Below, piece by piece: positions 48,042 to 59,227 of a stretch of DNA of 64,000 nt. The notes under the pieces are model-generated. The model saw only the letters and a list, made by a program, of their open reading frames with translations. It made no database searches and had not been told where the DNA came from. How positions within the stretch are numbered: the first letter of the stretch is position 1; each line of letters begins with the position of its first letter. Where the stretch lies: NCBI GenBank assembly GCA_963816145.1, contig CAWFJP010000005.1:160001-224000 (forward strand). Direction: 5' to 3'. The stretch comes from an uncultured delta proteobacterium (GTDB taxonomy: Bacteria > Desulfobacterota > Binatia > UBA9968). The position numbers and the translations under genes are program-made.

Positions 48042-51000
48042 TGGGACATCGCTTGCCAAATCTCATGGGCCAGCGACTCGATGCTTTTGCTTCCCAGGAT
48101 CTTTGTGGCGGAGATTGCGCAGTCGAAGTCGAGGCGGATCTGGTTCGATAAAACCATGGCGACCATAGAGTCCAGCCCCAAGGCCATGAAGCCGCTCTCT
48201 GCCGTGATCGTCGATTCGGGAAATCCCGATAGTTCGGCGCATTGTGTCTGCAGATAGCGCATCATACTTTGCACACTGGAGATCGCCGTAAGCGGCTCAA
48301 CAATGCGGTGCGAGCCGGTCTGCACCCTGCGTTCGCCGGCGCCGAGGGTTGTTTGATCTCTGGGCGCCGCCACGGCGTCGCGCGTGATCGGCCGCAAACG
48401 GAACCCTGCTAGTTTTGCCACCAGCTGGCCGGCGCTATTCAAAATCGACAGGTCGGCAACAACGTCGTCCGCGCTATGATCGCGCAATCGCGCATGGCAC
48501 CAAGCTTCATGGTGGGTCGACGGCACATCGAACAACATGAATGTATCGACTGAAAACGGCACAAACGTAGCGCCGGTTTTGTCCATGACCTCTGCGGTCT
48601 CGATAGTCGCGCAGCAGTGCAGCACCTGGCAGGCGGCTTCGATCAGGCCGGGATGGAGCCGATAGCGCGAAACATCGATCATCTCGTTCGGGCAGACGGC
48701 GCGGCATAGCGCTTCGCGATCGCCCTGCCAGATTGAGTCGATCCAGCGGAACGCCGATCCGGTGCCACCCTGGTTCGCCCAAATCTTCGAGTAAAATTCC
48801 ACGCCCGACAATGGTTTGCGACAGCGGGCTTTGATAGCGGCCAAAGGCAAAGTCTCCTCGTCAAGGCGCCGATCGCTTGATGGCTGCGAGCGCCCCAGCC
48901 CAATCATATGGGGCGTCCACGCCGCATTGTTCCTCGTTGGCTTCTTGACTGTCGGCGCTGGTGAGTTCCAAGTTCCATCGTTGCTGTTCGGGCCTGAAGA
49001 TGAGCTGAACATCACGCTGACAGCCGTCCGGAAGCAACAGGGGACGCAGCATGTAGAGATCTTCGAATTGAAAAGCCGGGTCTAGTGCGCCGCCAAGGTG
49101 CTCAGCTGCTTGGGCGAGCATCGCAAAATGCGAAGCGGCGGGCGGCAGTGATATACCAAACAGGCGGTGGTCGGTGAGAAAGTGAGGCGAGGTCTGGGTG
49201 AAACGCGATTCAAAACGAATTTCGTTCGAGCCGGGCAAGCGGAGTCGCCTTCCCAGCAAAGGATGATCGGTTGGCTCAGCCGAAGGAGTGGTCGCGAGCG
49301 GCGCGGCGGACGCCAGCGCGCCTTGATACCAATGACGCGAACGTTGGAATGGGTAGCTCGGCAGAGGGACGGGCGACCGGCGCTGGCCGCCTTGAAAAAC
49401 GGCCCAGTCTGCCGGCGCTCCGCGAACGTAGAGACGCGCCAGGGTCTCGAGTAGCGCGATCCAGTCGTTTTCGCCGCGGCGCAGGGTTGGAATTGTTTCG
49501 CTGCCAGGCTTTGACGCACCGTCTTGGTTTGAGTGAGACGAAATACCGTTGGGGCCGACTTCGACAATGATGTCGCACTGTTTTTCGAACTCGGCCCGCA
49601 TCGCGCCTGGGAACTGTCTTGGGTGCCGCATACCTTCGCCGCTGTACTGCTGAACGAGAAACTCGTTCGTCAACGTCTGATCAGATGCTTGGCCGATCGG
49701 TTGCAAAGTGGGATGATGCCCTGGGATTTTGCCGCGGAGATGTTGTCGCGGTTTGCCGGCCGCCAAGGCGATGCCATCCTCCAGGCTCAGAACTCCGGCG
49801 ATGCAGCCGGCCGCAAACTCACCGACGCCCTGGCCGATGAGGCACCGGGGCTCGATCCCGTACCAGCGAAGCAGTTCGGCTAGCGAGTATTGCAAGGCAA
49901 ACAGGGCGGGCTGCGCATACTCGGCGCGCTGCAGCAGATCTCCCGACGCGGCGAACATCACATCGACCAAGGGGCGCTCAAGATGACTGCGCAGGGTTCG
50001 ATCGCAGTCATCGAGCAAGCTGCGGAATTTTCTGCTGGCGCGATAAAGCTCTTGCCCCATGCCCGGATATTGCTCCCCATGCCCGGAAAATGAAAAACCA
50101 ATCGCTAGCTCGCTAGCGGCTTTAGCCCGCCAACGGCCGGACGCACCGTTCGAGCGTTCGCCGCGCGCCAAGCGCTCGCGCATTTGCTCGACGGTGTTGC
50201 CGACGACGGCGGTACGATACCTATAGCGAGACCGACTGCGCTGGCTTGTCGCTGCGATACTGCCGATGTCGGTGCTGGAGTTTGCCGCAAGAAAATCCTG
50301 GTAGCTCGCCTCCAATTGAGCGAGCGCTGGCGCAGATGCCGCTGAGAGCGTCAGCAGGGAAGCGGGCAACTCATCCGCGGTAAAATCATCAACCGCCGGA
50401 GGCGCTTCCTGTAGGACTACGTGACAGTTGGTGCCGCCGACGCCGAATGAGGAAACCCCGGCGATGCGATGCGCACGCCGATAGTCGGTCGGCCACGGCA
50501 GCAAGCGGGTGGAGATCCGAAAGGGACTGGTGTCGAGGGCGATCTCCGGATTGGCTGTCTGGAAATGCAGCGTTGGCGGGATCTCGCGGTTTTTGAGCAC
50601 CAGGACGGTTTTGATCAGGCCGGTGATGCCGGCGGCGGTGTCGAGGTGGCCAATATTGGTCTTGACCGCACCCAGAGCGCAAAAGCCGCGTTCGGTGGCG
50701 GTGCGCCGAAAGGCGCGCTCGAGAGCGGCGAACTCGATGGGATCGCCGATCGGCGTGCCGGTACCATGGGCTTCGACATAGCCGATCTCAAGGGCCTTAA
50801 CCTGCGCGTGCTCCTGCGCCCGCAGGATCACCGCAGTTTGACCGTTGACGCTCGGCGCGGCAAAGCTCGCCTTGTTCGAGCCATCGTTGTTGATCGCCCA
50901 ACCGCGAATCACCGCGTCGATGCGGTCATTGTCTCCGATCGCGTCTGTTAGCCGTTTGAGCACGACGGCGCCGACGCCGTCGCTGAAAACCGTACCAGAG

Positions 51001-53654
51001 GCGTCGATATCGAAGGCCCGGCAATGGCCATCGCGGGAGTGCATGCCGTCCTGGCTAAAGGTAGCGCTGTGGGTTTGCGGAAACGTCAGCGCCACGCCTC
51101 CGGCGATGGCCATATCGCACTGGCCGCTGACCAGTGCTTGGCAGGCTTGCGCGACGGCGACCAGCGAGGTGGAACAGGCGGTCTGAACGTTGATGCTGGG
51201 ACCGCTAAGATTGAGCAGATAAGACGTGCGCGTGGCGATGGAATCGCTGTCGTTACAGATCATGAGTTGGCGGGCTTCATCGGTCGCGCGTTGCAGCAGC
51301 GCATCCACGGCAGCGCGATCGCCGCCGACGAGGTGCCACAGATAGGTGCTTTCCCGTCCGCCCGCGAAAACGCCGATATTATTATTTTCACCGGCAAATC
51401 CCGCTTCGCTCAGCGGCAATCCGGCATCTTCCAGGGCTCGATGCACGCATTCCAACCAGATACGTTGCTGGGGGTCGAGCCGCTGGGCTTCCCTTGGCGT
51501 TAGCCGGAACAGCGCGGCATCGAATTCATCGACATGGGAAAGCACGCCGCGCGCCGCGACGAGGACAGGGGTGTCGTCCGGCGCCGTGCCTTCGTCGGTT
51601 AAAGTAATACTCTCACGCCCGGCGCGCAGATTGTCCCAGAACTGTTCTAAATTGTCGGCGCCAGGAACGCGTCCGGCCATGCCGATGATGGCGATACTGT
51701 GATCGGGCCAAGGGCTCTTATCATGGGCGGTTGTGCTTGGGTGCTTCTGGTCCTTGGGCGGCTGCGGCAGGCCGCCTATGAAGTTGGCCAGCGCACGAAT
51801 CGTGCGGTGTTCAAAAAGACTGGCCACAGCCATTTCCTTGCCGTTCTGCTCCCTGAAGCGAGTGACGAATCGAGCCGCGCGCAACGAGTCGCCGCCGAGA
51901 TCGAAGAAGGAATCGAGCACACCGACATCGTCGATCTCCAGGATTTCCGACCAGAGGCTCGCAATCTGCTTCTCGATCGTGGTTTGAGGCGCGACAGGAT
52001 CATTCGACAGCGGCGGGCGCTGTCGACCCGGCAGCGGCAAGCGCTGGTAATCGATTTTGAGATCGTTGGTCAGCGGCAATGCATTTACAAAGACGAAGGC
52101 GCTCGGCACCAGCGACTGCGCAAGGCGTTCAGTTAGCGCTTGGCGCAGCTGCGTGACCGTCACGCTGGTCTGGGCAACCAGATAGGCGCACAGCCTGCGC
52201 TCGCCGACACGATCTTCGAAGTCGCGGACCGCGCACTGGGAAACTCCCGCAATCCTGAGCAAGTGGCCTTCGATCTCGGCCGCGTCGACAAACTCGCCGG
52301 CGACACGGATGCGCTGATCGACTCGACCGCGGTGAGTCAAGCAACCGTCATCGCTCATGCTGCCCAAATCGCCGGTGCGGTAGCGGCGCATACCGTTATC
52401 AAGCGCGGCAAAGCGTTCGATGCTCAGTTCCGGATTGCGCCAGTAACCGGTTGCAAGATATTCGCTTTCGACGACAATCTCGCCGGTAGCTTCAGGCGGC
52501 AGCTCGTCGCCGCGCTGATCAACGATGCGCACCGTCATGTCCGGCACCGCGTAGCCGATTGGCACTGATTCGGTTTGATTCAACCGAGTCTGCGCGTTGA
52601 TGAAGAACTGACGCACCAGCCCGCACTCGGTTGCGCCCAGACCGTTGACCAGCGTGCAATGATCCTGAAAGTTTGTCTGAAAATGCGCTATATCCAGCGC
52701 CGATGCGCGGTCGCCTTCAAGTCGCACTAGCCGAACGTCTGGAAATCTCGTGACCGGATCCGAGAGTTGGCGGAAGATCGACGGAACCGAGTGAAAGACA
52801 GTTACCCGAGTCCGCCGAAGCCATTCCGAGAGAGCCGAGAAACCATCGCGTTGTAGATCGAAAGGGGCAATCACCGCGCCATTTAAGAGCGCCCCAAACA
52901 GGCTCGAGACCGTACCGCTGAAGCTCGGGTTTTGCACCAGACTTAGAATATCTCCCGGGGCAAACTTGAGTGTGTTGGTGTAGCGCAGGATGTTGTGCAA
53001 GACGTTGCGATGGCAGTCAGCAACGCCCTTGGGCGTGCCAGTGGATCCCGACGTATAGAAAATATAGGCGATGCTTTCAGTGGCAACCAGCCGGTCCAGG
53101 TTCTCGCTGGAAAAGCGATTCAGATCTGCATCAGACGGGATCACAGGAAATCGGCCGGCAGCCAGTTTTCGAGCAAGATCGAATTGATGTCCAGCGCTGA
53201 TTATTGCGCCTGGGCGAAGTTTATCGACCATGTTACGTAGGACGGGGTCGGGAAGGCGCTGGTCGAGGGGTGCGTAACTACTGCCCGCCTTGAGAATAGC
53301 CAAGGTCCAGACAATCGATTCGTCGCTTTGATCGATCAACATCGCGACCGGCCGAGTTTCGCTGGTCATCTTGGCGAGTAGCAGGTGCGCAGCTTGATTC
53401 GCGGCGCTATTCAATTCTGCATAGGTGACGTCGCCTGATGAGCGGCGAATCGCTAGCGCAGCCCCGTCACGAATCACTTGCTGCTCAAAAAGCCGATGGA
53501 TAGGTTGGTGGCATTGATCGGCGGAAAATTCCGAGAAGGCCTCAGGAAAACATAGGTTGTTGCGCGCGTCCAGGTCCCTCATGACAGTTTCGATGGTGGC
53601 TAGGTTGAGTCCCTCACGACCGGTGAATCCGTAAGCATTGCCCGATGCAGCCAA
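48038..53654 (-). CDS. Hybrid NRPS-PKS: A-PCP-KS-AT(degenerate)-DH-ACP; one frameshift near 48935
   Basis: A: YTSGSTGTPKG, YRTGD; PCP: FFDLGGDSL; KS: TACSTS, EAHGTGT, NIGHL; AT: GQGVG in place of GHSxG; DH: HPLLG, HRLFG..LPP, LHPGLIEA; ACP: LGLDSM. Start at 53654 or 53582. Confidence 0.88.
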
Positions 53655-53975
53655 ACGGCGACAAATGTCTCAGGAATAGGCGAGAAAAGTGTTTTGTAAG
53701 TGTGCCATGGTAATTTTGCCCATACCCTAGCTGGCTAAGAATTCTTCCGAGGCGCAAGATATCCACGGGGTCGAATGAAATCAACATCGGGTTGGTAACA
53801 TGATTAATTATGTCTCATGATACCAGAAGCCGTGGTAAAACTCGCGACTTCCATCGAATCGAACTACAAGCCGGCCGTAGCGGTCGATATTACCGCAGCG
53901 CGGCAATTTCGCGGCATCGAAACTGTGGGAATGGTCATCTAAAGGTAGGACCATTGGCGTTAGGAGGGGACGAAC

Positions 53976-55184
53976 TTGACGATAGTTCCGAGCGGCCTTG
54001 AAGGATCAATGATCTCAAAAAGCGCCGGTGGCTTGATCATTTCGCGAGCCGAGCTTAGCGGGCGATTGGCAGATCGTGCGTTGGTGATCGTTAACGTGAT
54101 GCCGGTGGAGTCGTTCAAAGCGGGGCATATTCCCGGTTCCGTGAATCTTCCCATCGCGGACATACCAAGCAAAGCGCGCCAGGTGCTCTCCGATCTCCAT
54201 CAGGAGATCGCCGTGTACTGTGCCGGGCCTACCTGACCGTTGGGCAAGCAAGCGGTCGGCTTGCTCGAAGGCCTGGGTTACACCAACTTGCGCTATTATG
54301 TCGGCGGAATGGCGGAGTGGTCGGAAACTGGCGGACCGGTGGCAGGCCAGAATCAAGCCGCTGCGCCGTCATCGAACAGTTCTAGTTTGGCTCCACGTGC
54401 GTATCGCTTATCTTGGCTGGAAAGGGTTGCCGGTCTTTCACTTGAAAGGCTAGTCGTCCTCTGGCTCTCCATGATCGTTGTTTTCGGCGTGATCTATTGG
54501 GTTGCCGGGGTCGGTATGGGAATGGGACTTCAGGCAGGTGGTAATCTGGTCAGAGCCGATGGCCAGGGTTTCGTCACGGCAATTTATTTTAGTTTCGTCA
54601 CCGCGCTCTCAATCGGTTACGGCGATGTCGTGCCGCTCGGCTTGTTTCGCATCGTCGCGATCGTCGAGGGTGCGGCCGGCTTGCTGATCTTTGGCTGTGT
54701 AATTTCAAAATTGGTGTCGCGGCGCCAAGAGGAACTTACCGAAGAGATCCATCAGACGACTTTCGAAGACCGGCTCGATCGGGTGCGGACCAATCTGCAT
54801 CTAGTCTTCACCGATATTGGCTCGGTGCAGCAGTTGCAAGCGGAACAGGGGGTTCTGCCGGAGCTCGTCCTGCGAAGATTGGAGAGTACGGTGCGGGTAT
54901 TTCGCGGCGAGCTGCGGGCAGTGCATGACTTGCTCTACCGTTGCCGGGTGATGCCCGACGAAGAAACAATGGACTCGCTGCTTGCCAATTTGATCATTTG
55001 CCTACAGGGTTTGACCGATATCGATAATGCTTTGCCGATCCGGTCCTCGAACTTGAACCTGGGACTCCGCTCCATTGGCAACCTCGCCAATGAGATCTGC
55101 GGCGAATGCGTGCCCCACGCTTATGCGCCGGTATTGAAAGATTCGATGGATCAAATCCAAGAACTGGCGCGCAAGATTGCATGA
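53976..55184 (+). CDS. Candidate selenoprotein: rhodanese (YCAGPT-U) fused to a 2-TM potassium channel domain
   Basis: ORFs 53976..54236 and 54240..55184 are in frame and separated only by TGA-CCG. The rhodanese fold spans the TGA (GHIPGSVNLP...VYC / LGYTNLRYYVGGMAEW). Filter motif TALSIGYGD; SECIS-like hairpin after the TGA; AGGAGG RBS. Confidence 0.78.
54237..54271 (+). promoter_or_regulatory. Bacterial SECIS-like hairpin
   Basis: TTGGGCAAGC (54240-49) pairs with GCTTGCTCGA (54259-68); the apical CGGT loop starts after 16 nt from the UGA. Confidence 0.6.
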
Positions 55185-55282
55185 CCATTCCCGCCCGCCT
55201 CATGTGAATTCTTGTTTGCTATCCATTGCCGTGCTATTCGTTGCGACACCAATTGCGGAGGGACCTCCTGGCTTCGGCTTAG

Positions 55283-55583
55283 ATTGATTAATCCCATACT
55301 GTCGTTGATCGCTCTGGTCTTGATGCTTGGCGGTTGCCAAGCTTTGACTGGCGAAACGGTCGGCGAAAGTGTCGACGACACGGGAATCATTACCCGCGTC
55401 AAAGCCGCGCTGGCCGCAGACAAGGGATTTTCACTGACTCGTGGAGGCGTTGAAACCACGCGCGGCGTCGTCCATTTGACCGGTGTCGTCCAGTTGGCGT
55501 CGGATCGCAGCCGCGCAGAACAGGTAACGCGCACAGTGACCGGGGTAAGAGGCTGACCGACAATCTACAAGTTGGGCCGTAGC
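55283..55583 (+). CDS. BON-domain lipoprotein; frameshift near the 3' end (~55554)
   Basis: LGGC lipobox, VDDTGIITRVKAAL, GVVHLTG; restoring one G gives VRGVTDNLQVGP. Start uncertain. Confidence 0.75.
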
Positions 55584-55730
55584 CCAGCCAAGGAGAGCTG
55601 ATTTGGCTGGATTTGGCGGCGGCTGAAGTTTGCATACCTGTTTTTTTGGGCGCCGCTTCCCCATCTTCTAACTTTTGGGTGAAAGGAATTTTTTCTGAAA
55701 GGTTCTAAGTTTCCTGTCGCCGTTGCGGTT

Positions 55731-56006
55731 TTGTTATTGAGTTTGGCGTTCGGCAGTTGCCAGACGATTCGCGATAAAGCTTCCGGGCCGGAGTTCGAGG
55801 ACGCCAAACTGATCGCTGTTATCAAGGCACAGCTGGCGCTGGAAGATCGGGCGACCGTTCAGGGCATCGATGTGGATGTCGACGATGGCGTGGCCAAGCT
55901 CAAAGGTACCGTCGATACGGTCGAGAAGAAAAACAAAGCCGGCGAGATCGCGCGCAAGGTGAGCGGCGTCAAGAGCGTCGTGAACAATATTCAGGTCAAG
56001 CCCTGA
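55731..56006 (+). CDS. BON-domain lipoprotein
   Basis: FGSC lipobox, DAKL..VIKAQL, IDVDVDDGVAKLKG, VSGVKSVVNNIQV; the true start may lie slightly upstream. Confidence 0.82.
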   Translation: MLLSLAFGSCQTIRDKASGPEFEDAKLIAVIKAQLALEDRATVQGIDVDVDDGVAKLKGTVDTVEKKNKAGEIARKVSGVKSVVNNIQVKP

Positions 56007-56092
56007 ACGGTGAGAATGTCCCGCCCATGTTGCGAAATTCCGTTGTCATTGGATCATCCAAAAGATTGCATAACGATCGCCGAGCCTCATCC

Positions 56093-57082
56093 TCATTTCG
56101 CAATCGAATCGATGAAGCCGCTTTTTTCCAACTGATCGACGATCGATAGATCGACGAACTGTTCGGGTTTCGGCAGCGGTTTTTTCCCCGGATATTGGTT
56201 TTCAATCATGAACTGGATCGCCTTGAGCGACGGGCGCGGGCTTTTTTGCAGTGTCGGCGCGTAGTCTTGCCAGGTGCCTTCGAGGATTTCTTCGTCGTTT
56301 AACTTGCCGTATTTGGCGAGGATTTTTTTGCTGAACTCCTTGTCGGTGCGATAGCGCTGCATGCCGCGGGTGAAAGCGCGCATGAAGCGCAAGGCGGTGT
56401 CGCGCTGCTGGGTCAGAAACGTGCGGGTGGTGATCACCGTGCCATTAATATCCTCGACGCCCAAATCGGCGAAGTTGACCAGCTCGCGCATGCCCATCTT
56501 CTGCGCCTTGGGGTACAGCGGGTAGCTCAGCGCCGCCACTTGAACCACGCCGTTGGCCAGAGCCGCGAACGCTTCCGGCTGCGCGCCGAAGGTGAGGATC
56601 GCCACATCTTTGTTCGCTTCGAGGTTGAAATGCTTGAGGGCGATGCGCACGAGCTGGTCCGAGGTGGAGCCGAAGGTGGTAATGCCGGCCTTCTTGCCTT
56701 TCAAGTCCGCCGGCAGTTTGATTTCGGGACGGGCGATCAGACGAAACGGCGACACCGTGCCGGTGGAGCCGATGATCACGACATCGCTGCCTGCGGTCGT
56801 CGCGGTTATGGCGGCGATGGCCCCTGCCTGGATGATCGGCGCGCTGCCGCCGAGCATCGCCGCGACCATCCGGCTGCTACCGCCGACGCGGATGAGCTCG
56901 ACATCGAGTCCTTCAGCGCTGAAGTATCCCGCCTCTTTGGCGATCCATGCGGTCGCCCAGCTGCCCGCAAAACTAGGATAGAGCAGGCGCATGGGTGTCT
57001 GGGTGGTCGCGCAAAATGCCGCGTTCGATAGGCCGCTGATGGTTACTAGCAAGGCGAGCAGCGCGATTTTTCTGCCGAACAT
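56093..57082 (-). CDS. NMT1/THI5-type ABC substrate-binding protein
   Basis: EAGYFSAEGLDVE, DLKGKKAGITTFGS, EQFVDLSIVDQLE motifs; GGAGG RBS. Confidence 0.9.
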   Translation of the reverse strand: MFGRKIALLALLVTISGLSNAAFCATTQTPMRLLYPSFAGSWATAWIAKEAGYFSAEGLDVELIRVGGSSRMVAAMLGGSAPIIQAGAIAAITATTAGSDVVIIGSTGTVSPFRLIARPEIKLPADLKGKKAGITTFGSTSDQLVRIALKHFNLEANKDVAILTFGAQPEAFAALANGVVQVAALSYPLYPKAQKMGMRELVNFADLGVEDINGTVITTRTFLTQQRDTALRFMRAFTRGMQRYRTDKEFSKKILAKYGKLNDEEILEGTWQDYAPTLQKSPRPSLKAIQFMIENQYPGKKPLPKPEQFVDLSIVDQLEKSGFIDSIAK

Positions 57083-57158
57083 AATTCCTCCGGGCGGGCG
57101 CTAGGGCATTGGCTTCTTTTTTGTGCGCGTTGTAGACATTGGGTGTTAGCGATTGGTT

Positions 57159-58412
57159 ATGCAACGCGAAGATACCTCAAAGCTGCCATCGAAGAAAAGC
57201 GCCGCGGCGGAAATTGCTCAAGCCGCCGGTGCGCCAGCCGGTTCCTTTTGGCCCCAGGCTGCGCCGGTATTTTTCTTGGTGGCGATCTTTCTGCTCAACT
57301 TTATTGCTCGGGTTATTTTCTCGCCGCTCTTGCCGACCATCGAGAAGGAAATGGAGATCGGCCACGGCCAGGCCGGGTTCTTTTTCTTTCTCATCTCCGC
57401 CGGTTATTTGAGCGGCTTACTGGGCTCGGGATTTTTGTCGTCGCGCACGACCCACCGCCTGACTATCCTAGTTTCCGGCAGCGGGGTTGGCGCGGCGCTC
57501 TTGCTGCTGTCGGCTTCGAGCAGCCTTGGGTCGATGCGCGCCGGTTTGTACGTCTTGGGACTGGCCGCCGGGCTTTACATGCCGTCAGCGATCGCTACGA
57601 TCACCGCGCTGGTCGATCAACGCCATTGGGGCAAAGCAATTGCGATTCACGAGTTGGCACCTAATCTAGCATTTTTCATCGGTCCGTTTGTCGCCGAATT
57701 GTTTCTCAATCATTCGACTTGGCGCGCGGCGTTGGCGATGTTGGGAATGACTTCCGTACTTATCACCATCGCTTACTCCCGCTATGGAAAGGGCGGCCGT
57801 TTCGTCGGTGAATCGCCGGCGTCGAATGCCGTCGGTGTGCTCGTGCGCACATCGGCATTCTGGATCATGTTGATTCTCTTCGGCATGGGTGTGAGTGCGA
57901 CGGTGGGGATTTACGCCATGCTGCCGCTCTATCTGGTGACTGATCGCCATGTCGAGGCGACCTGGGCGAACACGGTTACCGCATTTTCACGTTCCTATGG
58001 ACCGGTATTCGGCATGCTCGGCGGCTGGGCCTCAGATCGGCTTGGGCCAAAACGGACCATGATGGTCAGTTTGATCGTTACCGGTGCGCTGACTTCGCTT
58101 TTGGGGTTGGTCGCCGACGATTGGATCGGTGCGTTGGTGATTGTCCAACCGGCTCTGGCGGTATGGTTTTTCCCGGCTGGATTCGCTGCCCTCGCGGTGA
58201 TCGCGCCGCCGCAAGCGCGCAACCTCGCGGTGGGCTTCACCATCCCCTTTGGCTATTTGATCGGCGGCGGCGCGATCCCGACGTTTATCGGCATCATGGG
58301 CGACGCTAAACTTTTCGCTCTAGGCTTCACGATCACCGGGCTGTTGATCACCGCCGCCGGTTTGCTGGCGATTTCGCTCAAGCTGCCCGGCTATGCCAAA
58401 GTCGGTCACTAG
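57159..58412 (+). CDS. Major facilitator superfamily transporter
   Basis: About 12 hydrophobic segments; R.IFSPLLP.I, GWASDRLGPK motifs. Confidence 0.9.
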   Translation: MQREDTSKLPSKKSAAAEIAQAAGAPAGSFWPQAAPVFFLVAIFLLNFIARVIFSPLLPTIEKEMEIGHGQAGFFFFLISAGYLSGLLGSGFLSSRTTHRLTILVSGSGVGAALLLLSASSSLGSMRAGLYVLGLAAGLYMPSAIATITALVDQRHWGKAIAIHELAPNLAFFIGPFVAELFLNHSTWRAALAMLGMTSVLITIAYSRYGKGGRFVGESPASNAVGVLVRTSAFWIMLILFGMGVSATVGIYAMLPLYLVTDRHVEATWANTVTAFSRSYGPVFGMLGGWASDRLGPKRTMMVSLIVTGALTSLLGLVADDWIGALVIVQPALAVWFFPAGFAALAVIAPPQARNLAVGFTIPFGYLIGGGAIPTFIGIMGDAKLFALGFTITGLLITAAGLLAISLKLPGYAKVGH

Positions 58413-58459
58413 TTTTCGGTTGTCAGCGGCGCGCCGGCTGTTCTATAAGTAATCTTATT

Positions 58460-59212
58460 ATGAAGCTCGAAGATTTCGCTGCGAGAATTCGTCAGAGTGA
58501 CGAAATCGTGGTTTTCACCGGCGCGGGAATCAGTACCGAATCCGGCATCCCGGACTTCCGCAGTCCCGGCGGCATCTGGACCCGCTATCGCCCGGTGACG
58601 TTTCAAGAATACATGACCAGCGAGGCGGCGCGCATCGAAGCATGGAAGCGACGCCTTGACGGCTGGGAGCAGTATCGCAAGGCCCAGCCCAACGTCGGCC
58701 ATTATTTCGTCCAAACGCTGAGCGCTAAAGAAAAATTAATCGGGCTGATCACGCAGAATGTCGACGGCCTGCACAGCAGAGCTGGGTTGCCGGACGACAA
58801 GGTTGTTGAGCTGCATGGTTCGAATCGCAAGATTCTTTGCATGAGCTGCACCAAGGAGTTCGAGCCGGAGCCGATTATCAATCGTTTAGTCGGTGACTTC
58901 GCCTCGCCGAGGTGCGACAGCTGTGGCGGCATTCTCAAGTCGGCGACAGTGTCCTTCGGCCAGGCCATGCCCGAGCAGGCGATGTGCGTAGCGCAAGAGT
59001 GGACAGAACAGGCGAAAGTATTCATCGTCATGGGCTCGTCTTTGCAGGTGCAACCGGCGGCGTCGTTCCCGGTCATGGCGAAACGTAACGGTGCGCTGCT
59101 GGCGATTATCAACCGCGAAGAAGGGCCATTGGATGACATGGCGGACTTTGTTCATCATGGTGCCATCGGTGAGTTTTGCGGCAAGTTCGGCGAAATGATC
59201 GCCGACGGGTGA
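58460..59212 (+). CDS. cobB: Sir2 family NAD-dependent protein deacylase
   Basis: TGAGISTESGIPDFRS, TQNVDGLH, ELHGS, CxxC...CxxC, GSSLQVQPAA, INRE motifs. Confidence 0.93.
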   Translation: MKLEDFAARIRQSDEIVVFTGAGISTESGIPDFRSPGGIWTRYRPVTFQEYMTSEAARIEAWKRRLDGWEQYRKAQPNVGHYFVQTLSAKEKLIGLITQNVDGLHSRAGLPDDKVVELHGSNRKILCMSCTKEFEPEPIINRLVGDFASPRCDSCGGILKSATVSFGQAMPEQAMCVAQEWTEQAKVFIVMGSSLQVQPAASFPVMAKRNGALLAIINREEGPLDDMADFVHHGAIGEFCGKFGEMIADG

Positions 59213-59227
59213 GTCGGAAGTATTGGC

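Noticed and set aside
53654-53708. ATG at 53708 in frame with the NRPS-PKS across a TGA (possible Sec readthrough)
   Set aside because: There is no redox motif or domain spanning the TGA and no convincing SECIS; a downstream start explains the gene.
55554-55556. TGA ending the first BON gene as selenocysteine
   Set aside because: The natural BON C-terminus (VTDNLQV) continues in another frame, so this is a 1-nt deletion rather than readthrough.
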